Origin: an uncultured Rubritalea sp.
GTDB taxonomy: Bacteria; Verrucomicrobiota; Verrucomicrobiia; Verrucomicrobiales; Akkermansiaceae
Length of the DNA: 64,000 nucleotides
Reading direction: 5' to 3'
Assembly (NCBI GenBank): GCA_937923145.1
Contig: CALAJT010000024.1
Span: 3,563-67,562 of the forward strand
Part shown: piece after piece, positions 20,801-30,888 of the stretch
Layout: each line of letters opens with the position of its first letter
Position numbering within the stretch: position 1 is the first letter of the stretch
Position numbers and translations under genes: made by a program
Notes under the pieces: model-generated
Told to the model about the DNA's origin: nothing
Database searches by the model: none
Seen by the model: only the letters and a program-made list of their open reading frames with translations

Positions 20801-21202
20801 TAGTTTCACTCGTGTGCCATTTGGGTCCTTAGGGTCTAGAGGAACTTCTAGGTGACCATCGATGAAAGTCACACTATTAAGTTTATGGATTCCTCTAAGT
20901 AACTTGGTCTTATCGAGATTGATATTGATGCTAGGAAGACTGGCTATTTTCGACTGCTTAGTCTCATCCGTATAGACAGTGACGCCCTCAGCCACCAGTC
21001 CTGAGGTAAGTTTATAGGAAAGACTATCAAACTCCACATACATGCCGCGACTGGCTAGCTGTTTAGAGATCATGGTACGAATATCTTTATTAAGTCCCTG
21101 ATTATTCAGATAGAGGACGCCACCTACTATAGTCGTAAATCCGACCACAAAGATCAAGATCAGTGCGATGCGTAGACGGAATATGAGGCGGCGTAGGAAC
21201 AT
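17900..21202 (-). CDS. AsmA-like (YhdP/AsmA clan) envelope protein
   Basis: 1100 aa with an N-terminal TM anchor, long beta-strand-rich body and an AsmA-like C-terminal region ([31 protein letters not shown]). Confidence 0.7.
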   Translation of the reverse strand: MFLRRLIFRLRIALILIFVVGFTTIVGGVLYLNNQGLNKDIRTMISKQLASRGMYVEFDSLSYKLTSGLVAEGVTVYTDETKQSKIASLPSININLDKTKLLRGIHKLNSVTFIDGHLEVPLDPKDPNGTRVKLSEISGTIDFPDNNTIFTKLLTASYEGVNINFTGNLWQGEKPLGDIDEDAATKRALAYESFLEKLAYWRWPADSPPVINITAEGDINAPQHIKLEFTGKAPSITRKNFTMEDLVISGELSHNLVSVDKLNFWNMNNGKLRSALLAGNFDLGSHAGSFKIESDIHLKDFTRELFDREILKGTKFNKSVFTANGKFQIEKSMEEVPYASALPSFLTPFKGNQISLRGDAKLGDFSYLGTDFDIIKSDFSYNAGDLYLDGLKAENNDGYLQARLLIKDQKILFDAESSLPLRSFKPFFKENAKVKDILSKVTVEMGSSCYFKSSGEINAADLTDWDADGEVRLSKVIYADDYIVKNLSTKFAWKNKFLTTQLKVDGLQLGSTMLDNVETTLKWNKGIFSLKNTTIPTKNISIREINSNLKNKDGALSGNITFKEVDINGFTFQQLDTNILNNKQGLAGKINVTKPVFKGQTLDHLKASFFYKSQLDINDIDIKHSSGSLTGTAISAEDGYVYFDLVSTLNPHLYVPLVKNNNTKEIILTAQYDSKSTYRVEAKGRVNRSNPKDWNAVGKLDVTKFLFNKVPLNRLTTSYDLTPKRLVADEIHLVFDYSKYSLKNYNRSKRSEGNLKVDRVIADFNSHTVAINNAYGKAYPAPVARMFHQESADHLEEYKFFDPPEIRAGGIFDTKVKPLKDSKVDFKCNIACPSSKVMYTLLDGNLMLNNFKANIHVKKDSVSVNNISASTFKGALKGEIKVSLTGADDESYIGNLNFLKLNFRNIGITYNFDEIPQGELTGNIHFTGRGDNIRNFNASGNISLDKGNIFSAPVLGPISLILNPLLPKKSHLSERLKNMSANFTIQKGILRTDNIQSLTTSMTFTGAGWVDLKTDSMDLTIRINYRGLIGKTMELGAEIIRLPINVLRALFLNKKAEVSGLLQVRGKGKYKNPRWTAVQFDVERGFKGKLFNPPKAVIVR

Positions 21203-21336
21203 TAAGTTAGTAGACTGCTTAGTATGCTTAAAAATGGCATAGATAATACCTCAGCGCAACACTTTGTCTTTAACAGAATTAGTAAAAATAGCGATGATGG
21301 CTTGACCTAGACTACAGTTCAAATCACGTTTCATGC

Positions 21337-22365
21337 ATGAAGCAATGGCAGTATAATTTAGCTAAGAATATTCTTTTCAAACTAGACGCAGAGAAAGCTC
21401 ACCATGTCAGCATGAGTGCCTTGCGAAAAGCGGAGAAACTAGGAACCCTAAAATCACTCGCAGGTAAAGTCCCACAATCTAAGTCTGTAGAGTGCATGGG
21501 ACTCACATTCCCTAATCGAGTAGGACTTGCCGCTGGGTTAGACAAAGAAGGAAATACCATCGACGCTCTTGGACGTTTAGGGTTCGGATTTATCGAAATT
21601 GGCACCATCACTCCAGTGGCTCAGCCTGGCAACGAAAAACCGAGGCTCTTCCGTATCATTGATAAAGAGGCAATCATTAACCGTATGGGGTTTAACAACT
21701 GTGGAATCGAGCAGGGAGTCAAAAACGTCGAATCAGCAAAAACTTATGATGGTATAGTCGGTTTTAATATAGGCAAAAATAAACTCACACCTAACGATGA
21801 TGCAGTCAGCGACTACCTCAAAGCACTCCGTGGTTGCTGGGGAGTAGCAGACTACGTGACGGTCAATATTTCATCACCTAACACCCCTGGTCTCAGAGAC
21901 CTTCAAGCTGCAGACGACACCGCACGGCTTCTAGAAGCTCTAAAAAAAGAACAGCAAATTCTCACTAGAGACTCTGGAGTGAAAATGCCGATCACATTCA
22001 AAGTAGCACCTGATATGGGTGAGCCTCAGATCGTAGAACTTAGTAAGGTTTTCAAAGACGGAGGTCTAGAAGGTCTAGTAGCGACTAATACCACTATCGA
22101 TAGAACCGAGGTAGAAGGCAAACCTCATGCTACCGAAGCAGGAGGCTTATCAGGATCACCGGTGACGCAGAAATCCACAGAGGTAATCCGCACATTCCAC
22201 AGCCATCTAGGAAAGGACATTCCTATCATAGGGGTAGGGGGTATCATGAATGCTCAAGACGCACAGGATAAACTAGATGCAGGCGCTTCACTGATCCAGC
22301 TCTACACAGGATTCATCTATCACGGACCTCCACTAGTGCACTCTATTTTGAAGCATCTAAGCTAG
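21337..22365 (+). CDS. pyrD: Quinone-dependent dihydroorotate dehydrogenase
   Basis: GLAAGLDK, NRMGFNNCG, NIGKNK, NISSPNTPGLRDLQ, TNTT, GGLSG and QLYTGFIY motifs. Confidence 0.97.
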   Translation: MKQWQYNLAKNILFKLDAEKAHHVSMSALRKAEKLGTLKSLAGKVPQSKSVECMGLTFPNRVGLAAGLDKEGNTIDALGRLGFGFIEIGTITPVAQPGNEKPRLFRIIDKEAIINRMGFNNCGIEQGVKNVESAKTYDGIVGFNIGKNKLTPNDDAVSDYLKALRGCWGVADYVTVNISSPNTPGLRDLQAADDTARLLEALKKEQQILTRDSGVKMPITFKVAPDMGEPQIVELSKVFKDGGLEGLVATNTTIDRTEVEGKPHATEAGGLSGSPVTQKSTEVIRTFHSHLGKDIPIIGVGGIMNAQDAQDKLDAGASLIQLYTGFIYHGPPLVHSILKHLS

Positions 22366-22475
22366 TCTAGGAGATCAAGTCGATCAGTCTAAAATTGATA
22401 ATAAACGTAAATTTATTTTGATTTCAAAATCTATCAGGCTACTAATATATCAACTTAACCATAACTACTAAATCA

Positions 22476-23339
22476 ATGAATTATTATAAGAAATTTGTCT
22501 CCGCTGTTACAGCTATTACCTGCACAGCATCACTCACCAGCAACAGCATGGCTCAGTCTGCTAACCTATCTCTGCAATATGAGCCAGGCAAGCACTACTA
22601 CACTACTCAGAGCACCAATATGCTGATGGATATGGGACCAGGAATGCAGATGAATAATCTCATGGTGATGAGCATGAAAGGCTCATCAAAAGCACACGAA
22701 AAAGGTGTTGAAGTAGCTATCAACTATGAAGGCATGAGTATGAAGGTTAAGATGGGAGAGAATGTAGTAGCTCAATACGACTCTGCTAAAGAAGATAACA
22801 ATGCTGAGTTAGCAGCACAGCTAGACCCAATGCTCGATACAAAGTTTTCTGCGATTTTCTCTAAAGATGGCAAGTATATCGGAGCAGAAGGGCTAGACAA
22901 ACTCAAGTTAGATCCTAAAACAGGAATTACTAAAGAAACTCTAGAGTCTATGATGAAGCAAGGTTCTATCATGTTACCTAACCGTGAAATCAAAGTTGGT
23001 GAGAGCTGGCAAGCTGAGATCAAGGTGCCTATGCAAGGAGTGGGTAAAATGGAAATGAGCTTCGATGAGAAATTAGTTTCTATCGCTAAAATGGACGGTA
23101 GAGATGTTGCGAGGATCGAATTCACAGGCAAAATTAAGCCATTAGAAATGAAGCAAAATGGTATAGTCGTTAAGATTGATTCTAAAGAAATCACTGGAAC
23201 TATCTTATTCGACCTAGAGCTTCACCAAGCTCGTAAAACAGACATGAACATGGAGCTAATCATGGAAGCTGGCGGACGTAAAATGAGCATGACAGCAATC
23301 ACTACTCAGGAACTTACCAAAGTAGAAGACGCGAAATAG
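22476..23339 (+). CDS. Secreted hypothetical protein, DUF6263-like
   Basis: Signal peptide, LQYEPGKHYY, and LPNREIKVGESW beta-rich pattern. Confidence 0.55.
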   Translation: MNYYKKFVSAVTAITCTASLTSNSMAQSANLSLQYEPGKHYYTTQSTNMLMDMGPGMQMNNLMVMSMKGSSKAHEKGVEVAINYEGMSMKVKMGENVVAQYDSAKEDNNAELAAQLDPMLDTKFSAIFSKDGKYIGAEGLDKLKLDPKTGITKETLESMMKQGSIMLPNREIKVGESWQAEIKVPMQGVGKMEMSFDEKLVSIAKMDGRDVARIEFTGKIKPLEMKQNGIVVKIDSKEITGTILFDLELHQARKTDMNMELIMEAGGRKMSMTAITTQELTKVEDAK

Positions 23340-23367
23340 TACCCATATAATAACAATTTTTAAATTA

Positions 23368-23396
23368 AAGAGTCAGCACTACGCTGGCTCTTTTTC
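23368..23396. terminator. Bidirectional intrinsic terminator between convergent genes
   Basis: AAAGAGTCAGC-loop-GCTGGCTCTTT with A and T runs on the flanks. Overlaps the stop codon at 23379. Confidence 0.7.
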
Positions 23397-24092
23397 TTTG
23401 GGCGCTATCTTCAGCAATATCCAGTAAAAGGTGAAAGCAATTGCTTGGAGAGTCAGCAGGTAATAAGGGTAGGGTCCCATATAGTCAAACATGGTATCGA
23501 ACCCTGGCTTGCCATTGAGAAAACCGTAGTTCTGGTCCATTAGGAGATTAATCCCTATCACGATCGCCATATATGCCCAGCTCCAGATCACAATCCGTTT
23601 AAACGCCCCCTTAGTAGGGTAAATTCTCATTCCCCACACTAGTGTAACTGCTGCCACCGGGACACCTCCGTGCTGCAGGAAAAAGTTATAGTACTCTAGC
23701 GTGTTCCAGTCGTAAGCCAGAGTAGGAGTGATCAGTCCCTGAGTGGTTCCAGCTAAGCCCCAGAGGTAGGCGACTTCTGTTAGATATCTATTCTTAGTAA
23801 AGAGCGCAAGTGCCGCTACAATAGATACCACATCGCAAAGATAAAAGGGGAGTGCCGAGTTCCAAAAAATCTCCCACCCTAAATCACCAGTTCCCCATCG
23901 ACTGAAAGTAAGTGGAAGATCCATTAACACCGCAAAAATCAGCAAGCACCCAAATACAATCCTCACCCTCTTCTTCTTATCCTCACTAGCGTCTGAACGT
24001 ATGAAACGAATCATCAACAAGCTAGCAACAACTATCAGAGCCAAAGCAACTAAATGAGAAAGCCCATAATGTATAAACCCATTCATGACCAA
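23379..24092 (-). CDS. TIGR02206 / YwaF-like integral membrane protein
   Basis: LPFYLCD, YLWGLAGTTQGLITP, FFLQHG, NYGFLNGKP and MGPYPYYL motifs. Confidence 0.85.
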   Translation of the reverse strand: MVMNGFIHYGLSHLVALALIVVASLLMIRFIRSDASEDKKKRVRIVFGCLLIFAVLMDLPLTFSRWGTGDLGWEIFWNSALPFYLCDVVSIVAALALFTKNRYLTEVAYLWGLAGTTQGLITPTLAYDWNTLEYYNFFLQHGGVPVAAVTLVWGMRIYPTKGAFKRIVIWSWAYMAIVIGINLLMDQNYGFLNGKPGFDTMFDYMGPYPYYLLTLQAIAFTFYWILLKIAPKEKEPA

Positions 24093-24529
24093 TAAGTATC
24101 AGATTTAGTTAAATTACATAAGTAATAATTCTGAATTGTAGGAAAAAGAGGGGTATAATATATAGTCAGATATTATGTCCGTTAAGTTACGAACACCGCC
24201 GCCAATCCAGAGTCCGATCTAATTAGATATTTCTGAAAAGTAAAACCCGTGATACCTATAGGTGTGCGGTATCCTTCACCTACTAGTTGATCACAGCAAA
24301 ATACGTGGCAACTTATGTAGACTTCCCAAATAGAGCACACGATACCTATCAATACGTTAGCCTCCCAAATGTAGGGGATCCTATTATTTAAAAGATTAAT
24401 ACACCAGTAGATCAGCAAAGTCAGATTATTAAATCCAAGCTAATATCTAAAGTCTGACGAAATTAAAAAGTCATCAGCAGGGGATTAAATTTCTGGGAAT
24501 ATCGAGTAAATGAAGTTATTTATTGAGGC

Positions 24530-25267
24530 ATGACAGTTACCCAATCATTTGTTGAATTAAAAACCGCCACGGGCGAGATGCGCTGTAGTGTGATACGACC
24601 TACGCTCAAGGGAGAGTTCCCCACGGTGATTTTTTACTCTGAGATATTTCAGATCACGGAGCCGATCGCTCGCACTGCCGCTTATCTTGCTGGGCATGGT
24701 TATGTGGTGGTAGTGCCAGAGGTTTTTCATGAACTCAATATCATAGGGACTGTGCTGGCATACGATGATGTAGGGAAGGATAAAGGGAACGAGGATAAGT
24801 TTACCAAACCATTGAGCGATCACGATACAGACACAGTTGCTATTATAGAGTGGATGGATAAGCAGGGTTTCTGCAATGGAGCGTTAGGAAGTTTTGGAGT
24901 TTGCTTAGGTGGCCATCTAGCTTGTCGTGCCGCTTTAAACCCACGAGTTAGAGCGGGGGCTTGCCTCTACGCCACAGATATTCACTCATCTACAATGCCC
25001 GCTGGTTCCAAGCCGCAAACTATTGATTTACTCGGTAATGTTGAGGGGGAGTTAATGTTTGTTTGGGGGCGACAAGACCCCCACGTTCCATTGGAAGGTC
25101 GTAAGCTGCTCTATAATAAACTTAATGAAGAGGAGACTATCTTCACCTGGCATGAGTTAAATGGCCAACATGCTTTTATGCGTGATGAAGGTGAGCGCTA
25201 TGACCCAGAGCTTGCCAGTATCTGCCATCGTCTTGTCATAGACCTCTTTCACCGATCTCTACGTTAG
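24530..25267 (+). CDS. Dienelactone hydrolase family protein
   Basis: YSEIFQIT, the G-x-C-x-G-G nucleophile motif (GVCLGG), QDPHVP and HAFMRDEG. Confidence 0.9.
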   Translation: MTVTQSFVELKTATGEMRCSVIRPTLKGEFPTVIFYSEIFQITEPIARTAAYLAGHGYVVVVPEVFHELNIIGTVLAYDDVGKDKGNEDKFTKPLSDHDTDTVAIIEWMDKQGFCNGALGSFGVCLGGHLACRAALNPRVRAGACLYATDIHSSTMPAGSKPQTIDLLGNVEGELMFVWGRQDPHVPLEGRKLLYNKLNEEETIFTWHELNGQHAFMRDEGERYDPELASICHRLVIDLFHRSLR

Positions 25268-25273
25268 GCGTAT

Positions 25274-25828
25274 TTATTCTAAATTATCCTCAATAAGAGC
25301 AAACTTACTGTGGAACTTACCCCGATTGTATTTTTTACAGCAGGGGTAGCAGGCGGATTGGCTTTTCATGCGGCGGACTCGGAGGATGATTTCTAAGCAT
25401 AGGGGGCAGGTGTAACTCCATTTTTTCTGCTGAGTTCTGGTGGGAAGGTTGAGCTGATGAGTGGCTGATTCTCCTGGGATGCCTAGGTCGGAGCAAGCTT
25501 GTTTCCATTCAGCCCCATGAGCTGATATACCGCGTCCGTAGCGATGGTGTGCCAGTAAGTGCGCTAGTTCGTGAAGCAATGTTTGCCTAACCTGTGAGAG
25601 TGACTCTGCCAGATTATTATCTAGATGCAGTAGCCTAGGATTTAGCTCTACCTTTGCTTCATAGAGAAAGGCACGTCCTGCTGTGGAGCGCATTTTACGG
25701 TTCCAGATAATCTTTACTGAGTCTGCGTAGGTATCGCCTGCATGGCGCCGTAAAAGAGAAATGGCATCACCAACGATGTTAGCGACGCCATTATAAATGA
25801 TCTTATTCTCTTGGTTATCGTTATCCAC
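25274..25828 (-). CDS. SprT-like zinc metalloprotease
   Basis: WNRKMRSTAGRA, LHELAH (HExxH), HGAEWK and a C-terminal CPLC...CYPC motif. Confidence 0.88.
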   Translation of the reverse strand: MDNDNQENKIIYNGVANIVGDAISLLRRHAGDTYADSVKIIWNRKMRSTAGRAFLYEAKVELNPRLLHLDNNLAESLSQVRQTLLHELAHLLAHHRYGRGISAHGAEWKQACSDLGIPGESATHQLNLPTRTQQKKWSYTCPLCLEIILRVRRMKSQSACYPCCKKYNRGKFHSKFALIEDNLE

Positions 25829-25848
25829 AAATAAGGATTTAAACTACT

Positions 25849-28116
25849 TTAAAGAGGTCTTGCTTTAGCGTTCTTGGCATTAGCTGCTTTAGCTCTATCT
25901 GTAAGTTTGATTAGATCTGCGACGATGTTAAGCCCTTCACGCTTTACAGGGTCCATGAGTGATGGCCACTCTGGGGTCGTGTCGAGATCTTGAATCTTGT
26001 CCTTGGCTTTAGTCATGTAGCTCTGGTCTTCTTCTGATGGGTCGAAGACGGTAAGTTTAGGTTTGGATACATCTTCACGGTTTAGGCGTTTGAAGGTGAG
26101 ATTTTCTTGATCGGTATCTTGCATGATTTTAAAGCGCTTAATACGCTCTAGATTACGTGCTTTAGTGCGCATGTCAGACTCAGTGATTTCTTCAAGTCTC
26201 TTTACCTTGTTGAGTAGAATTTGATTTTCATCAAATTTAACTTTCATTCTATCAATGTCTTCTTGGAGATATTTGAAGTCATTTGATTGGTTAATTCTTT
26301 TTAGGCTGAGACCTTTAAGGTCTTTTAGGAATAGCCTGCTTCTGTCTTTAGGTTTGAAACCATCTGCTTTTCTAATCACATCGTGTGGTAGAGCGAAATC
26401 GAGGTGTTTTTCTCCTATTTCAAGTGCGTCGTATATATTTGGTAGAACGATGTCTGACTCGACACCTTTGTTCTGAGTGGATGACCCAGCAACTCTGTAG
26501 AATTTACGGATTGTTGGCTTGAGAAATCCTGCACGGTCTCTCCCGGATGCATTGAAAGGTAGCATGCGGGCGATGTTCATAGTCTGCTGGACAGTTCCTT
26601 TTCCGAATGTAGAGCTAGCACCTACGACGAGCGCACGGTTATAATCTTGTAGTGCTCCAGCAAGTATCTCACTAGCTGAGGCAGATGACTTGTCGATAAG
26701 GCAGACCATGGGGCCTTTGTAGATAGCATTGGAGAATGCGTTTTGGGTGGAAATTTTCCCCATGTAATCTTTTTCCTGAACTACAGGACCTCTTCCAGTA
26801 AAGAGCCCAGTCATGACTCGGACCTCTTCAAGTGATCCTCCACCATTACCTCTGAGATCAAATACGAGACCGTCGATCTTTTCCTTTATCATGCGCTCAA
26901 GGATATTCTTAACATCGTCGGAACATTTGTTTTCACCAGTCTGAAAATTTACGTAGAATGATGGGAGCTTGATGTAACCTAGACGCTGAGTATTACCATC
27001 AGCGGTTTTCGATTCGATGATTTCACCTTTAGCAAACTCATCATTCATCTCGATAGAACCACGTTTAATTTCGATTATTAGTGTCTCACCATTGTCGCGC
27101 TGAATTTTGAGTCCCACAGTAGATCCTTCTGGTCCACGGATTTTATCTACGACTTTTTCTATACCCATGAACATAATGTCTATCATGTTGCCATCGTTGA
27201 GGTGGTCTACACCTACTATTCTGTCGTTAAGTTGGAGCTCTCCCTGCTTGGCAGCAGGTCCTCCTACCACGATGCCAGTGATTTTAGTGGCTCCATCATC
27301 TTCTGCCTTAAGTTGTGCCCCTATGCCTACAAATTTGTTATCCATACCAGCTTTGAAACGATCGTATTCACGAGCGCTGAAGTAGTCTGTGTGAGGTCCA
27401 TAAGCGAGAGCTACTGAGCTGAGAAGGTAGTTTGCTACGTCTTCACTGTCTTCGTCTAGCACTGCTTTAAGTATGCGCTCGTAGCGTAGTGAGATGATCT
27501 TTTTGACAGATTTATCACTCTTGTAAGGATTTTCTTTTCCTTGCTCTTGAGCCATTCTGGCGATGTTGTCGCGTCTGAGAGTTTCAGCGAGCACAGCTTC
27601 TTCTACCATTGCTTTCCAGAGTTCTTTCGCCGCTGATTGATCTTTAGGCCATTCAGTGAAGTAGTTTGGATTTGCTACTTTTAGCTTGCCGGCACGCTTG
27701 AGTGTGCGGTCAGAGTCAAAGCTGAATTCAGTCTTTTGGAGATAGTCCTGTGCGAAATCAACTCTTTCTTTAACGCGTTTAGCATAGAGTTCGTGGCAAG
27801 CCTCGGCTACTGCTGTGCTTTTCTGGAGCAGTAGGCTGCGGTGGATGTTGTTACCGTAGTTTTTTTCTAGTTTAGCAATGTCCTCTTGGGTAAGAAACAT
27901 CTGCTGGGCATCTAGTTGTTTAATAAGTAGTCTGAATATTTTGGAGCTGAGTTCTTCGTCAAATTTGAGTTGTTCCATGTGGCGGTTCATTAGCATCTTA
28001 GCCATTTCTTTACCTACTTGATTGAAGTCGACTTGTTCAGGGTCTTGCTGTGCTTTTGCGCTACTCAAGAGGGTCGCTGCGATCAGAAATTGAGCGATTG
28101 ATTTTTTAATATTCAT
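25849..28116 (-). CDS. prc: Carboxy-terminal processing protease (S41, Prc/Tsp) with PDZ domain
   Basis: GPHTDYF, GIGAQL (PDZ), DLRGNGGG, SASASEILAGALQDY, FGKGTVQ and KFYRVAGSSTQNKGV motifs. Confidence 0.93.
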   Translation of the reverse strand: MNIKKSIAQFLIAATLLSSAKAQQDPEQVDFNQVGKEMAKMLMNRHMEQLKFDEELSSKIFRLLIKQLDAQQMFLTQEDIAKLEKNYGNNIHRSLLLQKSTAVAEACHELYAKRVKERVDFAQDYLQKTEFSFDSDRTLKRAGKLKVANPNYFTEWPKDQSAAKELWKAMVEEAVLAETLRRDNIARMAQEQGKENPYKSDKSVKKIISLRYERILKAVLDEDSEDVANYLLSSVALAYGPHTDYFSAREYDRFKAGMDNKFVGIGAQLKAEDDGATKITGIVVGGPAAKQGELQLNDRIVGVDHLNDGNMIDIMFMGIEKVVDKIRGPEGSTVGLKIQRDNGETLIIEIKRGSIEMNDEFAKGEIIESKTADGNTQRLGYIKLPSFYVNFQTGENKCSDDVKNILERMIKEKIDGLVFDLRGNGGGSLEEVRVMTGLFTGRGPVVQEKDYMGKISTQNAFSNAIYKGPMVCLIDKSSASASEILAGALQDYNRALVVGASSTFGKGTVQQTMNIARMLPFNASGRDRAGFLKPTIRKFYRVAGSSTQNKGVESDIVLPNIYDALEIGEKHLDFALPHDVIRKADGFKPKDRSRLFLKDLKGLSLKRINQSNDFKYLQEDIDRMKVKFDENQILLNKVKRLEEITESDMRTKARNLERIKRFKIMQDTDQENLTFKRLNREDVSKPKLTVFDPSEEDQSYMTKAKDKIQDLDTTPEWPSLMDPVKREGLNIVADLIKLTDRAKAANAKNAKARPL

Positions 28117-28277
28117 ACTATTATGGTTGTCTTAATTAAATTGAAATTTTCGACTGGGATTGCTTAGCTGTGGTTGCCACGCGAAACACTCGCTTAAATC
28201 GAGTGATTTGTCGAATTTTTTCCTTCGATAGCCTTATTTTATGGGAAAGCGTCAGAGTTCAAGAAATTTACTCATTT

Positions 28278-29363
28278 TTATAGAGGCGATCCATATCCTA
28301 TAAAGGTTGCTTTTGAATTTTTTCTAGGGATTTTAAAGTCGTAGATGCCAAAACCATTACCTTTTTTGCCTCGGTAGCTTCTACCATTAGTCGCACATGC
28401 CATGATGTGGCGACCGTCTTTCTCAGTGCCTAGGTATATGCCTACGTGAGATATATTGACTGTGCGACCATCCGTAGGGGTGTAGGTGCCAGACCAGAAG
28501 ACTAGATCACCTGGGAGTATTGTTCTGAAAGCGGGATCAGACACGGATCTGATTGTTTTGCCAATGAGCCGGATTTTTCCTTTGTCACGTATCCATATGA
28601 ATTGCTGCGCTGAGGTTCTCGGTGGCTTGAGACCTGTTTTCTTTAGGACATAAGAGGTAGCTCCTGAGCAGTCGAAGCCTCCGTTGCTGGGATCTGCACT
28701 TCCAAATTTATAGGGGAGGTGGCTGTATTTTTCAGCGGTATCCAGTGAATGGATTATAAGCTGAACACGTCTGGCGAAGCTATCTACTATGAACCAATGA
28801 TCACCGTCATTATAGCTATATAGTTTAGTGGCTTTTACTGATTTTGTCTTTTTTGGCAGTGTAGGTATTTTAGTGATGATGCCTGTTTTTTTAACTTTAG
28901 CTAAGTAGGCTTTCATTTCTTTCTCAGGCAATCGAATATGCATTTTAACTATGCTGTTAGATTTGATTGTATTCACATAGAATCTAGCTCCTAAATCGCC
29001 CATTTCACTCGCGGTGTGGATGCCGTATGTTTTGCCGATATCTTTGATAGAGGCTTTTAAGGGTGCTATTTTTTTTTCGAAATACTCTTGTGCATTCTTA
29101 GAGTCTGGAATCTTTATTTCAATAGTGTGAGATCGTAGTTCTCCCGCTGTTACTAGTCTGTCTAAGGCGGTGTCGATTTCTGAGACTGCTTTTAATAATG
29201 TCTCGGGATCAGGAGAGCTGTCTTTGAGCAAATTAAATTCATCATAAGTATTTTGAACTTTAGCTGATAGATCAATCCATTGTTTTTTTATTTCACCTTT
29301 CTGTGCATGCGACATTGCGGCTAGAGTAACAATGATAGCGGTTAGGCTGCTAAAAAATTTCAT
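28278..29363 (-). CDS. Secreted NlpC/P60 (C40) peptidase
   Basis: Signal peptide, YKFG, GFDCSG (catalytic Cys), PRTSAQQF, GDLVFW and SHVGIYLG. Confidence 0.88.
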   Translation of the reverse strand: MKFFSSLTAIIVTLAAMSHAQKGEIKKQWIDLSAKVQNTYDEFNLLKDSSPDPETLLKAVSEIDTALDRLVTAGELRSHTIEIKIPDSKNAQEYFEKKIAPLKASIKDIGKTYGIHTASEMGDLGARFYVNTIKSNSIVKMHIRLPEKEMKAYLAKVKKTGIITKIPTLPKKTKSVKATKLYSYNDGDHWFIVDSFARRVQLIIHSLDTAEKYSHLPYKFGSADPSNGGFDCSGATSYVLKKTGLKPPRTSAQQFIWIRDKGKIRLIGKTIRSVSDPAFRTILPGDLVFWSGTYTPTDGRTVNISHVGIYLGTEKDGRHIMACATNGRSYRGKKGNGFGIYDFKIPRKNSKATFIGYGSPL

Positions 29364-29403
29364 AAGACTTTAATGTAGTGTCTAACTGAATTAGACGCCA
29401 ATT

Positions 29404-30285
29404 TTATTTTAGTGATTTGATCCAGTTCACAATATCTCCGAAGATCTCTTTTCGCTGATCATCATACATGAGGAGATGGTAGGCATCTGGGTAATAGTGA
29501 TGAATTTTCTTAGCCGAATTAGGGATAGACTTGCAGAATGTCTCTACGTATTCGGGGGGAGTGAAATAGTCTTTACCTCCATTGATGATTAGGGTGGGAT
29601 GGGAGAATTGAGTTACTTTTTCGTGCATTCCTCGGATGTGCTCGCCTAGTGTTGCTAGAAGTCTGAGGGTGAACTTGGGGATAAAATAGGAATTGGTTAC
29701 TGCCTGGTCATCGTGGCTGTCTGCTCCCTGAGTGACCTTGACTGAATCCTGACCAGAGAGAGCTGTCAGAGAAACTCTGAAGCGTGGTAGGAGCGAGGCG
29801 ATGAGATTAGCTGCATTGAATTTCCAGTCAGGAATCTTATGGCTGAGATTTACTACAGGTGCGAGTAGAACTACGGCATCACAAGGAGGATTTGTGTTGT
29901 CAGGGTAAGACGCGTAGGCATGAGTCACAATGAGTGATCCCATACTCTCGCCACACCAGATGATCTTGGCGTCTGGGTGCTTGTCTATGATGAGTGAGGT
30001 GAATGTGTGGAGGTCATTATACCATTCCTCTTGGCGATAGATATCACCTATACGGTCACGGTTGAGGTCATTGCCCTGACCACGAGTCTCTGCTGCATAG
30101 AGTGCACAGGAAGGAAGATGTTCAGTGATGTAGCTACCTAGTCCGCTATAGTCTTGAGCAGCTCCATTGATACCATGGACTGCTACAATGACAGTCTGAG
30201 GAGTAGCTGAGTTTTCCCAATGTAGGTAGCTAATAGGATCAGTATCAAAACTAGTAAAGTTGTCCGTGTTAAGAGTTGGCGTCAT
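29404..30285 (-). CDS. Alpha/beta hydrolase, lysophospholipase-like
   Basis: VHGING, RGQG, GESMG nucleophile elbow, GGKD and YHLL motifs. Confidence 0.85.
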   Translation of the reverse strand: MTPTLNTDNFTSFDTDPISYLHWENSATPQTVIVAVHGINGAAQDYSGLGSYITEHLPSCALYAAETRGQGNDLNRDRIGDIYRQEEWYNDLHTFTSLIIDKHPDAKIIWCGESMGSLIVTHAYASYPDNTNPPCDAVVLLAPVVNLSHKIPDWKFNAANLIASLLPRFRVSLTALSGQDSVKVTQGADSHDDQAVTNSYFIPKFTLRLLATLGEHIRGMHEKVTQFSHPTLIINGGKDYFTPPEYVETFCKSIPNSAKKIHHYYPDAYHLLMYDDQRKEIFGDIVNWIKSLK

Positions 30286-30289
30286 TAAT

Positions 30290-30883
30290 TTAAGTGAAAA
30301 GTTGGTTGTCTTCTAACCATGTAAGAAGTGCTTGATGATCACTGTAGTCATAACGAAATGACTTTAGCCCATGCCCTATGCCAGCTTCAATATTCTCAGC
30401 CATGTCATCAATGTAAACCGTCTCCTCAGGGATGATCTGAAACTTATCAAACGATCGGGTGAAAAATACACTGTCAGGTTTAATAGCTCCTATCTCATGC
30501 GAGAACACAGCATGGTCGAAATGCTTGAAAACAGAGTGTTCTTTTACAATTGCGGGAGCGTGAATCTCATTAGTATTAGAGTATAGTATGAGTCTATTAC
30601 CTTGCTTAGCGAGCGATGAAATAAGCTCCCACATGGGTATTATAGGTGTGAATATAGAGCACCATGCAGTAGTGAAATCAGCGTCCGTGCCTTTGAAGTC
30701 TAGTAGTGGATAAGCGAAATCTAGATATTCTCTAAGCGGAGTCTGCCCAGCTTCAAATGGATCTTTCGCTGCCATTATTTTCTGAAAGGCTTCAGGGTCT
30801 GCATTCGGACCAGTGATACTCTGTATAGCGGGCGCGAAGTCGAAGGATAATAGGACATTTCCGATGTCGATTAGGTAGGTCAT
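30290..30883 (-). CDS. HAD-superfamily phosphatase (YihX-like)
   Basis: DIGNVL, LYSNTN, SHEIGAIKPD and YIDD motifs. Confidence 0.85.
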   Translation of the reverse strand: MTYLIDIGNVLLSFDFAPAIQSITGPNADPEAFQKIMAAKDPFEAGQTPLREYLDFAYPLLDFKGTDADFTTAWCSIFTPIIPMWELISSLAKQGNRLILYSNTNEIHAPAIVKEHSVFKHFDHAVFSHEIGAIKPDSVFFTRSFDKFQIIPEETVYIDDMAENIEAGIGHGLKSFRYDYSDHQALLTWLEDNQLFT

Positions 30884-30888
30884 AGTAA

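Noticed and set aside
24182-24418. 78-aa minus-strand ORF in the 24.1-24.5 kb gap
   Set aside because: TTG start, no recognisable motif, and it lies across probable divergent promoters. It cannot be supported or fully excluded.
28144-28220. tRNA (including tRNA-Sec) or a known riboswitch
   Set aside because: There is no acceptor stem, T-loop or anticodon arm, and no riboswitch consensus I recognise. Kept only as a weak structural finding.
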